This document shows, one piece after another, positions 35,341 to 44,351 of a stretch of DNA of 64,000 bases (positions within the stretch are counted from its first letter, which is position 1; every line of letters begins with the position of its first letter). The stretch comes from Bacteroidota bacterium (GTDB lineage Bacteria > Bacteroidota > Bacteroidia > Bacteroidales > UBA4417), in NCBI GenBank assembly GCA_013376995.1, contig JACAAZ010000007.1, forward strand, positions 135,373-199,372, written 5' to 3'. Made by a program: the position numbers and the translations under genes. The notes under the pieces are model-generated. The model saw nothing but the letters and a program-made list of their open reading frames with translations, was not told where the DNA came from and did no database searches.

Positions 35341-35897
35341 TTGCTTTCCTTCGGTTTATCAACATTTGCTTTAGATCTCAATTCCGATAGAATCCGGTCG
35401 ATCTTTTCGTTAGTCAGGTTTTCTTCAAATTCGGTATTTACCTGCATGACCGGGGCATATCCACAAGCACCCAGGCACTCAACTCCCTGGAGGGTAAAAA
35501 GCCCGTCGGGAGTAGTTTCACCGTCAGTGATTCCAAGTTTTTCGCTGAGGTATTCAAAAATATCTTCGCCTCCGCAAATGGCACAGGGAGCAGTACGGCA
35601 AACTTCCAGCAGGAATTTGCCGGTATTCTCAAGTCTGAACTGGGTGTAGAAGGTTGCAACTTCGTAAACCTCCACAGGCTGGATTTTCAGCAGATCAGCA
35701 ACGAAATCCATAACATCCACGCGGAGGTGACCACCGGATTCTTCCTGTGCAATATGAAGTATCGGAAGCAGGGCTGATTTTTGCCTGCCTTCCGGGTAGC
35801 GGCCAATAAGCTTCCTGAACTTCGCAAGGGTCTCCTTACTGAATTCTACAGGCTGATTATCCCGTTCGAATATTTTATGTTGTATGCGTAAGGCCAT
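35319..35897 (-). CDS. nuoE: NADH-quinone oxidoreductase subunit E (2Fe-2S)
   Basis: Thioredoxin-like ferredoxin pattern CRTAPCAICGG...ECLGACGYAP. Confidence 0.92.
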   Translation of the reverse strand: MALRIQHKIFERDNQPVEFSKETLAKFRKLIGRYPEGRQKSALLPILHIAQEESGGHLRVDVMDFVADLLKIQPVEVYEVATFYTQFRLENTGKFLLEVCRTAPCAICGGEDIFEYLSEKLGITDGETTPDGLFTLQGVECLGACGYAPVMQVNTEFEENLTNEKIDRILSELRSKANVDKPKESKWAEKFC

Positions 35898-36234
35898 TAA
35901 TCGGGTAGTTGTGTTTTGTTTAGCACTTAGGGCTTAGCGCGGGGTGTTATGGTTTGGCGTTCGACGTTTGGGGTTCCTGGTTCTTGGTTCCATGTTCAGA
36001 GTTCTGTGTTCCATGTTCCATGTTAAGCTTTCTTTATTGAGTCTTTCAGTTTCTATATCATTCTTACTACTTGCTTCTTGCTTCTTACTTCTTTCTACCT
36101 GCTTCTTACTTCCTACTTCCTACTTCCTACTTCCTACTTCTGTCTTCTTACATCCACTTTTATCTTTTGTCTTTCTCCTTTTGTCTTTTATCTTAAACTA
36201 CCCGCTTCGCTCTCAGCGCTTTGCTCTAAGCTCA
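35898..36234. repeat. mosaic heptamer-repeat spacer between nuoD and nuoE (region B)
   Basis: 337 nt non-coding. It has TACTTCC x4 plus TACTTCT (36107..36141), GTTCCAT(G) repeats (35987..36024) and CTTTT(A/G)T words. GCTTAGCGC and CAGCGCTTTGCTCTAAGC blocks sit at the ends. Confidence 0.9.
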
Positions 36235-37446
36235 TCACGCATCCAACTCCCCGGCGATCACGTTCATGCTGCTCATGGTAAGGATAGCATCCGATAAAAC
36301 ACCTCCCCGGATCATTTCGGGATAGGCCTGGTAGTAGATGAATCCCGGCCTGCGGAAATGCAGCCTATATGGAGTTCTGCCTCCATCGCTAACCAGGTAG
36401 AATCCAAGTTCTCCGTTACCACCTTCTACAGCATGGTAAACTTCTCCGACCGGGGGATTCACTTCTCCCATCACGATCTTGAAATGCCAGATCAGGGATT
36501 CCATTTTACTGTAAACATCCTCTTTAGGAGGGAGGTATATTTCAGGAACATCAGCATGATATGGACCTTCTGGTAAATTGTCCAGCGCATTCCTTACGAT
36601 TTTCAGGCTTTGCCAGAGCTCTTCCTGGCGCACACAGAAGCGGTCGTAAGTATCACCATGTGTTCCTATCGGTATTTCAAAGTCAAAATCTCCGTAGGAT
36701 GAGTAGGGTTGGGCAACTCTTACATCATAATCAACCCCGGCAGCCCTGAGGTTAGGACCTGTGAAACCATAATTCAGTGCCCGCTCTGCCGTTATAGGTC
36801 CAACACCAATGGTCCGGTCCATGAATATTCGGTTTCGCTTAAGCAGCTTCTCAAATTCTCTAAGGACTTTAGGCAAATGATCCAGCAATTCCCGGATCTT
36901 TTTTATGGCTTTTGGAGAAAGGTCACGCTCGAAACCGCCTATTCTACCCATATTAGTAGTAAGGCGGGCGCCGGAAACTTCCTCGTAAATTTCGTAAATC
37001 TTTTCACGTTCCTGGAAAACGTATACAAAACCAGTAAGGGCACCACTATCAACACCAATAACCGAATTGCAAATCAGGTGATCGGTAATTCGCGCCAATT
37101 CCATCAGGATGATGCGCATATAATCGACCCGTTTGGGCATTTCGATTCCAAATAGTTTTTCTACTGTCATCATCCAGCCCAGGTTATTGATGGGGGAGGA
37201 GCAATAGTTCAGCCGATCAGTAAGCGGGGTGATCTGGTAATAGGGGCGGTGTTCTGCCAGTTTTTCGAAAGCACGGTGGATATAGCCTATGGTCTGCTCA
37301 GCATCGATCACGATCTCGCCATCCATTTTAAGGACATTCTGAAAGATACCGTGTGTTGCCGGGTGGGTTGGGCCCAGGTTCAGGGTGCTGTAGACCGGGG
37401 TTTCGACTTCTGCAGGGGGCATAGGCTGATGGACATCGTTTTTCAT
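36235..37446 (-). CDS. nuoD: NADH-quinone oxidoreductase subunit D
   Basis: 403 aa (…LNLGPTHPATHG…, …HRAFEKLAE…). It overlaps nuoC by 4 nt. Confidence 0.95.
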   Translation of the reverse strand: MKNDVHQPMPPAEVETPVYSTLNLGPTHPATHGIFQNVLKMDGEIVIDAEQTIGYIHRAFEKLAEHRPYYQITPLTDRLNYCSSPINNLGWMMTVEKLFGIEMPKRVDYMRIILMELARITDHLICNSVIGVDSGALTGFVYVFQEREKIYEIYEEVSGARLTTNMGRIGGFERDLSPKAIKKIRELLDHLPKVLREFEKLLKRNRIFMDRTIGVGPITAERALNYGFTGPNLRAAGVDYDVRVAQPYSSYGDFDFEIPIGTHGDTYDRFCVRQEELWQSLKIVRNALDNLPEGPYHADVPEIYLPPKEDVYSKMESLIWHFKIVMGEVNPPVGEVYHAVEGGNGELGFYLVSDGGRTPYRLHFRRPGFIYYQAYPEMIRGGVLSDAILTMSSMNVIAGELDA

Positions 37447-37952
37447 ACACTTGCCTCCCTTCCAAAAAAGCGGTTGTCCTTATCTTCACGGGTCGGATCT
37501 TCCAAAGGATATTCTTTGCGAAGCGGGAAATAATCCAGGTACTCGACGTTCAGGATACGGATAAGGTTTGGGTGGCCCATGAAATTGACCCCGTAAAAGT
37601 CATAGGTTTCGCGTTCCATCCAGTTTGCCGCAGAAAATAGGTCAGTAACAGTTGGGATTGACGGGTTCTCCTTAGGAAGGAATGTTTTTATACGAACCCT
37701 TGTATTTTCCCTCATATTGTACATCAGGTAAACTACACCGAACGGGTCTTCCTGATCAGGATAGTGTATACCGCAAAGGTCGGTGAGGAATTCAAATTCC
37801 AATCTTTCCGTTTCTTTCAGGAATTGAATGGTATCATGAAGAACTGCAGGACTAACAGTGACAGTGAGGATTCCATAAAGGACCTCCTGTTGCAGTATTT
37901 CACTGCTGAACTTCCCGCTCAAGGATTCTAGGATATGTTGGTTGTCAATCAT
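37443..37952 (-). CDS. nuoC: NADH-quinone oxidoreductase subunit C
   Basis: 169 aa (…ANWMERETYDFYGVNFMGHPNLIRIL…). Confidence 0.92.
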   Translation of the reverse strand: MIDNQHILESLSGKFSSEILQQEVLYGILTVTVSPAVLHDTIQFLKETERLEFEFLTDLCGIHYPDQEDPFGVVYLMYNMRENTRVRIKTFLPKENPSIPTVTDLFSAANWMERETYDFYGVNFMGHPNLIRILNVEYLDYFPLRKEYPLEDPTREDKDNRFFGREASV

Positions 37953-37964
37953 TCTAAAACAATG

Positions 37965-38516
37965 CTATCGTATTCCGTAGGAAGAAAGAAGTTCCCTGTA
38001 TTCCGGTGAGTAGCGCCTGCGCAGGGGTTCATTGGCTACCAGGTCCTGGATGCGCATGAATCCATCGATGATCTGCTCCGGTCTGGGTGGACAGCCTGGT
38101 ACATAAACATCCACAGGGACAATCCTGTCGATCCCCTGGAGTACACTATAAGTGTCAAATATTCCGCCACTGGCAGCACAGGCTCCAACAGCTATAACCC
38201 ACCGGGGTTCAGCCATTTGTTCGTAGACCTGGTGGACAACGGGGGCCATCTTTTTGGCAATGGTGCCCATGACCATGAGTAGGTCAGCCTGCCTGGGTGA
38301 GAAACTGAGCCGTTCGGATCCAAAGCGCGCCAGGTCATAATGGGCGCCCATGGTTGCCATGAACTCTATGCCACAGCATGAAGTTGCAAAAGGAAGAGGC
38401 CAGATGGAGTTGCTGCGTGCAAGGCCAATTACTTTGTCGAAGCGGGTGGCGAACATACCGGGTGATGAGTAACCTTCCGGTGGTTCGACTTTATTATAGA
38501 GAGGTTTTTCTGACAT
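37965..38516 (-). CDS. nuoB: NADH-quinone oxidoreductase subunit B (N2 cluster)
   Basis: SCCGIEFMA ... GACAASGG ... VPGCPPRPE. Confidence 0.95.
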   Translation of the reverse strand: MSEKPLYNKVEPPEGYSSPGMFATRFDKVIGLARSNSIWPLPFATSCCGIEFMATMGAHYDLARFGSERLSFSPRQADLLMVMGTIAKKMAPVVHQVYEQMAEPRWVIAVGACAASGGIFDTYSVLQGIDRIVPVDVYVPGCPPRPEQIIDGFMRIQDLVANEPLRRRYSPEYRELLSSYGIR

Positions 38517-38540
38517 GTTGTATTTACTTTCAGTTCCTGC

Positions 38541-38921
38541 TTATTCCCATTCAAAGGCTTTTTTCCGCATAATGTAGTAGAAGCCGGCGATAAATACACC
38601 CAAAAACAACAGCATTCCAAGGAATTCATTCCAGGTGCCATTCCTGAAATCCACAGCAAAAGGGTAGAAGAAGATAACTTCCACATCAAAGAGGACGAAA
38701 AGGATGGCTATCAGAAAATACTTTACTGAAAAAGGAAAACGGGCATTTCCTTTGATCTCGATACCGCATTCAAAGTTTTCTCCCTTATGCAGGGTGCGGA
38801 TTTTCTTGCGTTTTCCGCCTATGAAATGCGAGAGGCCCATTGTAATTACAACGAATCCAAGTGCTACGAGTGTTTGAACCAGGACCGGCACATAATCAAC
38901 CGGTAATTGTTGGGTTTCCAT
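38541..38921 (-). CDS. nuoA: NADH-quinone oxidoreductase subunit A
   Basis: 126 aa with 3 TM helices (…ECGIEIKGNARFPFSVKYFLIAILFVLFDVEVIFFYP…). Confidence 0.92.
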   Translation of the reverse strand: METQQLPVDYVPVLVQTLVALGFVVITMGLSHFIGGKRKKIRTLHKGENFECGIEIKGNARFPFSVKYFLIAILFVLFDVEVIFFYPFAVDFRNGTWNEFLGMLLFLGVFIAGFYYIMRKKAFEWE

Positions 38922-39165
38922 GCAGGATTAAAATTTATTAAGGTTGCAAGCCAATTGGTCTGAGTAAGAACTTTAAAGATAGTTGAAAAAAGGTAACAAA
39001 AATTTACTTTCAAATCTCCTGAATTCCTTTTCTCTCTAAGCAATCCTTACTGTTAATAAATAAACAATCAGCCAGACGATATAAATAACAATTTACAACA
39101 TATTTTGTTCGGTTAAAAATAATACAAAATATTGCGAATTCTGAATAAATATGTGAGGATTTCTC

Positions 39166-39211
39166 CAGTTTTTAAACTTTTAAACCTGTCAGGTTTATGG
39201 TTTAAAAACTG
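39166..39211. repeat. REP-like nested palindrome (CAGTTTTTAAAC-TTT-TAAACCTGTCAGGTTTA-TG-GTTTAAAAACTG)
   Basis: Outer 12-bp arms are 39166..39177 and 39200..39211; the inner palindrome is 39181..39197. It overlaps the last codons and the stop of the transposase gene. Confidence 0.8.
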
Positions 39212-39851
39212 TTTTATCCGCCATAAATTCTTCCGGCTCCAGACAAAAATCTTTGAAAAGATCGTAGGCTTGAAATACTTCATGTTCGCTTTCAAATTCA
39301 GCGATGCTATTAAACCATCCGATAATCTTATGCCTGTTAATGCGGGTTGGTTTCAAGCTTAGGATTGTTCCGTAAGATGACCAGGGATAATGCCTGAAAT
39401 TATCTGTAAATCCATGTTTTTCAGGATTTTTATGTATGTAGATTATAATATTTCTGAAATATGCCGGCTGGTCAACCAGGAGCCTTCTGAATGGACGTTC
39501 GAAAAGAGCACCGGTTCGTTCCTCCTGCTTGTTAATCGCTTTACAATAGGCATTGAACAGATCTGAAAAGTAAAGATGAGGTTTTCTGAGTTTGACATCG
39601 TAGTCTTCCATATTGTCATACTTGGGGATCGGAAGAGAACTTAGTATCACTTCAGATTCCAGCCTGATTCTTACAAGCAGGTGGAAATGATTTTTCAATA
39701 GAGCCCAGGCGAAAGTTTCAGCAACCGGATCGATGTATTTCTGATACAGCCGAAGAAAATGACGATAATTTTCTACTGAATAAAATAGGTTACAACCATT
39801 GATACCCCTGTTGTAGATGTGGTAAAAATTACCAGATTCAAGTTCAATCAT
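39195..39851 (-). CDS. REP-associated tyrosine transposase (RAYT) / IS200-like HUH transposase
   Basis: 218 aa with FYHIYNRG, the HUH motif in KNHFHLLVRI, and a catalytic-Tyr region IIYIHKNPEKHGF. Confidence 0.8.
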   Translation of the reverse strand: MIELESGNFYHIYNRGINGCNLFYSVENYRHFLRLYQKYIDPVAETFAWALLKNHFHLLVRIRLESEVILSSLPIPKYDNMEDYDVKLRKPHLYFSDLFNAYCKAINKQEERTGALFERPFRRLLVDQPAYFRNIIIYIHKNPEKHGFTDNFRHYPWSSYGTILSLKPTRINRHKIIGWFNSIAEFESEHEVFQAYDLFKDFCLEPEEFMADKTVFKP

Positions 39852-39883
39852 AATATGAAAGTTTAAATAATAATTTATTAATA

Positions 39884-39930
39884 GGGTTTTAAACCTGACA
39901 GGTTTCTAAAACCTGTCAGGTTTAAAACCC
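39884..39930. repeat. REP-like 47-nt perfect palindrome (22-nt arms, 3-nt loop)
   Basis: GGGTTTTAAACCTGACAGGTTT-CTA-AAACCTGTCAGGTTTAAAACCC, 33 nt upstream of the transposase start. Confidence 0.85.
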
Positions 39931-40175
39931 GTTAATTCTATTGGTCAATATACCAAACATCTCATCTAAATCCCTGCCAATCAATACATATTGATCTCTG
40001 ATGGTGAATATCCGGTTCTGGATATCCTCTTGATGAATTGGAGACATTGAAATACTCATACATGAATGTTTATAATAATGGAATGACTATTACAGAAAAT
40101 ATAATTACCTAATTTACAAATATAAGCTGAAGCGAACCTAAAAGCCAGCCTCCGGGAGTCTGGTTCAACCCGGAG

Positions 40176-41417
40176 TTAAATTCCTTCGAGTATCCGGCCT
40201 GTTGCTCCGATCCTGCTCGAAACATAGTGACTGCAGACCAATGAAGTATCTGCCAGTAATTCAGGATCCTGATTAAAACGTCTCAGTTGTTTTTCCAGCC
40301 CTGAATAATTATGAATGACAAATGCTCCCTTGAGTTCCACCAGGTCATTGGCTTCCTGGAATTTGTGATGAACCGGACCGAATATTACCGGCATACCATA
40401 AACTGCTGCTTCCAACGTATTGTGAATGCCGGATCCAAATCCGCCTCCTATATAGGCAATCTGGCCGTACCTGTAAAGTTGCGAAAGCATTCCAACTGAA
40501 TCAATTATAAGCACCCGGTAAGTGCTCATATCGCTCTTTTCTGCCTGGGAGTAGCGGATTGCCATTGAGCCGAATTTACCGTCAAGTGCAATGATATCTT
40601 CTTCATGGATTTCATGCGGTGCAATGATCAGCTTACAGGAAACCGGATTTTCATTCATGAATTTCACCAAAAGCTCTTCGTCGGCAGGCCAGGTGCTGCC
40701 AGCCACAATTGTAACTATACCTTCGGTGAATTTCCGGACCAGCGGGAATTCCTTTTTTTGAGCAGCAATTTCACTTACCCTGTCGAAGCGGGTATCACCG
40801 GAAATGGTAACGTGATCAATGCCGACAAACTCCAACAATTCTTTCGAGTAATCGTTTTGAACGAATATATGTGTAAAACCTTTGAGAATACTTCGTGGCC
40901 AATCTCCATACCATTTGAAGAAATGCTGATCAGCGCGGAAAATGGCTGAAACCAGGTAATGGGGTGTCTTATTCTTCTGCAGCAGCCTCAGGTAATTGAA
41001 CCAGAATTCATACTTGATAAAAAAGACAATATCGGGTTTAACAATTTCAAGGAATTTCCTTGCGTTACCAGCAGTGTCCAGCGGAAGATAAAAGATCAGG
41101 TCAGCACCCTTGTAATTCTTCCTCAATTCATATCCGGATGGACTAAAGAAGGTGAGCAATATGAGATATTCGGGATGCTTCAATTTAAAAGCCTCTATCA
41201 GAGGCCTTCCCTGTTCGAATTCGCCTAGTGAAGCACAATGAAACCAGGCTAAATTCTTTCCTGGTTTTTCAATCCTTATTTTTCCGAATGCTTCTTCCAA
41301 ACGAATGAACTGGTCTTTCCTGCCCTTGACCCATAAAGATGCCTTGCCGTTGAACAAGGCTGAAAGCCTTGCCAGCAGTCCATACATTACAATCCCAACA
41401 GAATAGAAAAATGACAT
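40176..41417 (-). CDS. waaA: 3-deoxy-D-manno-octulosonic acid (Kdo) transferase
   Basis: 413 aa with an N-terminal anchor and WFHCASLGEFEQGRPLIE, plus a GT30-like C-terminal (GGFGSGIHNTLEAAVYGMPV). Confidence 0.85.
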   Translation of the reverse strand: MSFFYSVGIVMYGLLARLSALFNGKASLWVKGRKDQFIRLEEAFGKIRIEKPGKNLAWFHCASLGEFEQGRPLIEAFKLKHPEYLILLTFFSPSGYELRKNYKGADLIFYLPLDTAGNARKFLEIVKPDIVFFIKYEFWFNYLRLLQKNKTPHYLVSAIFRADQHFFKWYGDWPRSILKGFTHIFVQNDYSKELLEFVGIDHVTISGDTRFDRVSEIAAQKKEFPLVRKFTEGIVTIVAGSTWPADEELLVKFMNENPVSCKLIIAPHEIHEEDIIALDGKFGSMAIRYSQAEKSDMSTYRVLIIDSVGMLSQLYRYGQIAYIGGGFGSGIHNTLEAAVYGMPVIFGPVHHKFQEANDLVELKGAFVIHNYSGLEKQLRRFNQDPELLADTSLVCSHYVSSRIGATGRILEGI

Positions 41418-41443
41418 GATGCCTGTATTTACTGGCCGGTAGA

Positions 41444-42214
41444 TTAGTAGTAAAAGTATTCATGACTGGATTTGCCGTATATAGGTACAAGCCATCCAAT
41501 CTTGATACCACAAAGCATATCGAAGCGTTTTTCGTTAGGCCTTGTCATCTCAGTGAAGTAATAAGCCCTTCGCGATTGAGTCCAGGCAAGTGAAAAATCA
41601 AGTCCTGCATAAAAGTTTACCCTCTTTAAAGGGTCGATGTATTGGTAGCCAACAAACTCATTAATAGCCGGGCCATTACATAAATGATCGTACCCTTTCT
41701 TATAAGCTGTCCGTAGTTGAGGAGCCGTATTCTGTGATACATCAATCCTGATCTTATGCTGCATCATTCCAATTCCAGACATCAACAGAATTCCTGAGTT
41801 GGGATCCCTGGTTCCGGTTGGGATAAGCTTACCGGTTTTTAGCCAGAAGGTAAATCCTCGCTCGGAAATTGCAATGCTTGCAAATGTGCCTGACTGATCA
41901 ATGATATACCCATTACTGGTGGCAATAGGAGCGAGCAAACTTGCCGAGTTTTTGATTTTTCCGCCGAAAAGAAAGTTCCCTTCAAAATCCAACAGCCACT
42001 TATTTTTAAAGATGATTGAATAGCCGGCACCGAGTGATTGAGTAATCCCAAAACGATCCTTCATGTCAAATGCAGGGATATTAAGAGAATAGGATGGATA
42101 AAGAATAGAAAGCGGTTTTTGGGTATCCTGTTTTTCCTGAGCAAAAGAAGATAATTGGAGCAGTATGCAAGTAATCAGGAGGATGAAAGGAAAAGAAAGG
42201 CCGCGGGTAGTCAT
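41444..42214 (-). CDS. hypothetical outer-membrane beta-barrel protein (co-oriented with waaA)
   Basis: It has a signal peptide ending SSFAQ, an alternating strand pattern and an aromatic C-terminus ...HEYFYY. The ATG at 42214 is preferred over 42238. Confidence 0.6.
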   Translation of the reverse strand: MTTRGLSFPFILLITCILLQLSSFAQEKQDTQKPLSILYPSYSLNIPAFDMKDRFGITQSLGAGYSIIFKNKWLLDFEGNFLFGGKIKNSASLLAPIATSNGYIIDQSGTFASIAISERGFTFWLKTGKLIPTGTRDPNSGILLMSGIGMMQHKIRIDVSQNTAPQLRTAYKKGYDHLCNGPAINEFVGYQYIDPLKRVNFYAGLDFSLAWTQSRRAYYFTEMTRPNEKRFDMLCGIKIGWLVPIYGKSSHEYFYY

Positions 42215-42303
42215 GATGTAAAGGAAGATGAGGTGCAATTAACTGCAAAGATACAAATATCCTATATCTGTGGGGTTGATACTTCCTGCACTTCGCAATT
42301 ATG

Positions 42304-42311
42304 TATCTTTG
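42304..42311 (+). promoter_or_regulatory. candidate -7 box TATCTTTG
   Basis: TAnnTTTG match 34 nt upstream of the ATG at 42346. Confidence 0.4.
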
Positions 42312-42345
42312 TCAGGCTATAAAATTATGAATCAACTCTTATCGT

Positions 42346-43476
42346 ATGCGTAAAATTTCAATGGTTGATTTGAAGGCTCAGTATGAGAAGATTAAGCCTG
42401 AAATCGACACTGCAATTGCTGAGGTAATCACTTCGACAGCTTTCATTAATGGACCTATTGTCAAAGAATTCCAGGCTGACCTTGAAACATACCTTGGGGT
42501 GAAGCATGTGATCCCCTGCGGTAATGGCACGGACGCTTTACAGGTTGCCATGATGGCTTTGGGACTTAAACCCGGTGATGAAGTAATTGCACCTTCTTTT
42601 ACATTTATTGCAACTGCTGAAGTTATTGCCCTGCTTGGGCTCACTCCGGTGCTTGTGGATGTTGACGCTGAAACTTTCAATATCGACCCTGAATCCCTTA
42701 AAAGAGCTATCACTCCCAAAACAAAAGCCATTGTACCTGTCCATTTGTTTGGACAGAGTGCAGATATGGAAGCCATAATGGAGATTGCAGATAAGCATGG
42801 ATTGTTTGTTATTGAGGATGCCTGCCAGGCTATAGGAGCTGATTATATCTTCAAAAACGGACGGAAATCAAAGGTCGGTACTATAGGTCATGTCGGATGT
42901 ACTTCTTTTTTCCCCTCCAAGAACCTGGGTTGCTATGGTGATGGGGGAGCTATCTTTACCAATGATGATAAACTGGCAGCAAAGCTTCTTTCAGTTGTTA
43001 ACCACGGTATGACCGTGCGTTACTATCATGATGATATTGGGGTGAATAGCAGGCTCGACAGTATCCAGGCTGCTGTTTTGAAGGTTAAGTTGAGCCATCT
43101 GGATGAATATGCCACTGCGCGTCAGCAAGCTGCATCTTTTTATGATAAGGCATTCTCGGGAAATCCGAAATTGAAGATCCCAGCCCGGTTTTCTAATTCT
43201 ACGCATGTTTTTCATCAATATACACTCGTTTTGAATCAGGTTGATCGTCAAAAATTGATCGAATTCCTTACCTCCAGGGAGATACCAGCCATGGTTTATT
43301 ACCCCGTACCTATTCACCTTCAGAAAGCCTACCTCGACCCAAGGTATAAACCTGGTGATTTCCCGATAACTGAATTCTTGTCGGGAATTGTGGTATCACT
43401 GCCAATGCATACTGAGCTGGATGCAGAACAGCTTAATCACATCACCTCATCCGTACTGGAATTCGTAAGTGCTTAA
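42346..43476 (+). CDS. DegT/DnrJ/EryC1/StrS-family PLP-dependent sugar aminotransferase (WbpE/GnnB-like)
   Basis: 376 aa (…VDLKAQYEKIK…, …SFFPSKNLGCYGDGGA…, …SRLDSIQAAVL…). Confidence 0.85.
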   Translation: MRKISMVDLKAQYEKIKPEIDTAIAEVITSTAFINGPIVKEFQADLETYLGVKHVIPCGNGTDALQVAMMALGLKPGDEVIAPSFTFIATAEVIALLGLTPVLVDVDAETFNIDPESLKRAITPKTKAIVPVHLFGQSADMEAIMEIADKHGLFVIEDACQAIGADYIFKNGRKSKVGTIGHVGCTSFFPSKNLGCYGDGGAIFTNDDKLAAKLLSVVNHGMTVRYYHDDIGVNSRLDSIQAAVLKVKLSHLDEYATARQQAASFYDKAFSGNPKLKIPARFSNSTHVFHQYTLVLNQVDRQKLIEFLTSREIPAMVYYPVPIHLQKAYLDPRYKPGDFPITEFLSGIVVSLPMHTELDAEQLNHITSSVLEFVSA

Positions 43477-43521
43477 CAAATAGGATTTTTTATTTTCAAA
43501 TGCTTTAGAAACCTGAGAGTT

Positions 43522-44106
43522 ATGGATAATGAAAAGGAATATTATGCTCATCCCACCGCAGTGATTGACGAAGGTTGTAAAATTGGAAAAGGGACGAAGA
43601 TCTGGCATTTTACGCATATAATGAGCAATTGTGAGATTGGTGAAAATTGTAATTTCGGTCAGAACGTCGTTGTTTCTCCTGGTGTGATTTTGGGCAGGAA
43701 TGTGAAAGTACAGAACAATGTTTCCATTTATACCGGGGTGATCTGTGAAGATGATGTTTTCCTGGGGCCGTCCATGGTCTTTACCAATGTGATCAATCCC
43801 CGCTCAGCTGTTAACAGGAAAAGTGAATATGCGCGCACACTGGTTCGCCATGGTGCTTCCATTGGTGCCAATGCTACAATTGTTTGTGGAAACGACATAG
43901 GGGAATTCAGTTTCATTGGAGCTGGTGCTGTTGTGACTAAACCCGTGCCTGCCTATGCATTGCTGGTTGGAAACCCGGCGCGGCAAACGGGTTGGATGAG
44001 TGAATATGGCCACCGCCTGAAATTCGATGAAAAAGGCTTTGCTACCTGTCCCGAAAGTAATGAGACCTACTTGTTAAAAGATGGCAAAGTCTCCAAGATC
44101 AGCTAA
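43522..44106 (+). CDS. left-handed beta-helix (hexapeptide) sugar N-acetyltransferase, WbpD-like
   Basis: Hexapeptide repeats with the IWHFTHIMSNCEIGENCNFGQNVVVSPGVILGRNVKVQNNVSIY pattern. Confidence 0.8.
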   Translation: MDNEKEYYAHPTAVIDEGCKIGKGTKIWHFTHIMSNCEIGENCNFGQNVVVSPGVILGRNVKVQNNVSIYTGVICEDDVFLGPSMVFTNVINPRSAVNRKSEYARTLVRHGASIGANATIVCGNDIGEFSFIGAGAVVTKPVPAYALLVGNPARQTGWMSEYGHRLKFDEKGFATCPESNETYLLKDGKVSKIS

Positions 44107-44351
44107 ATTTGGCAAATAGGATTAACAACCTGCTTTCTGCCTATTACCATTTCCTAAAAAGTTAATAAACCTCTGATAGCAATGCTCTTGGAATAAATAA
44201 TCCTGACATGGCTGTTATTAAGGTTTACTTTAATGTTCTTTTGCATGAAATAGCCGTGATTGTGATAGTCAACAACAATTGATGGTAGTAATCCGTGTTC
44301 ATGGCGCCTGCCTTAAGCAAATCTGACCATTAAAAATCAAATTATTGACAG

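Larger units (their letters stand above)
39166..39930 (-). mobile_element. RAYT-type (IS200/IS605-like Y1 HUH transposase) gene bracketed by REP-like palindromes
   Basis: The transposase ORF lies between a 46-nt nested palindrome (39166..39211) and a 47-nt palindrome (39884..39930). Both contain AAACCTG(T/A)CAGGTTT. Confidence 0.7.

Noticed and set aside
35944-36297. 117-aa + strand ORF (and nested 36078..36281) rich in L/S/F/C across the nuoD-nuoE spacer
   Set aside because: It is a translation artefact of the pyrimidine-rich heptamer repeats (TACTTCC, CTTCTTG). The sequence is low-complexity, antisense to the operon, runs into nuoD and has no start context.
41269-41511. 80-aa minus-strand ORF bridging the waaA start and the upstream barrel gene
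   Set aside because: It overlaps two well-supported CDSs in a different frame.
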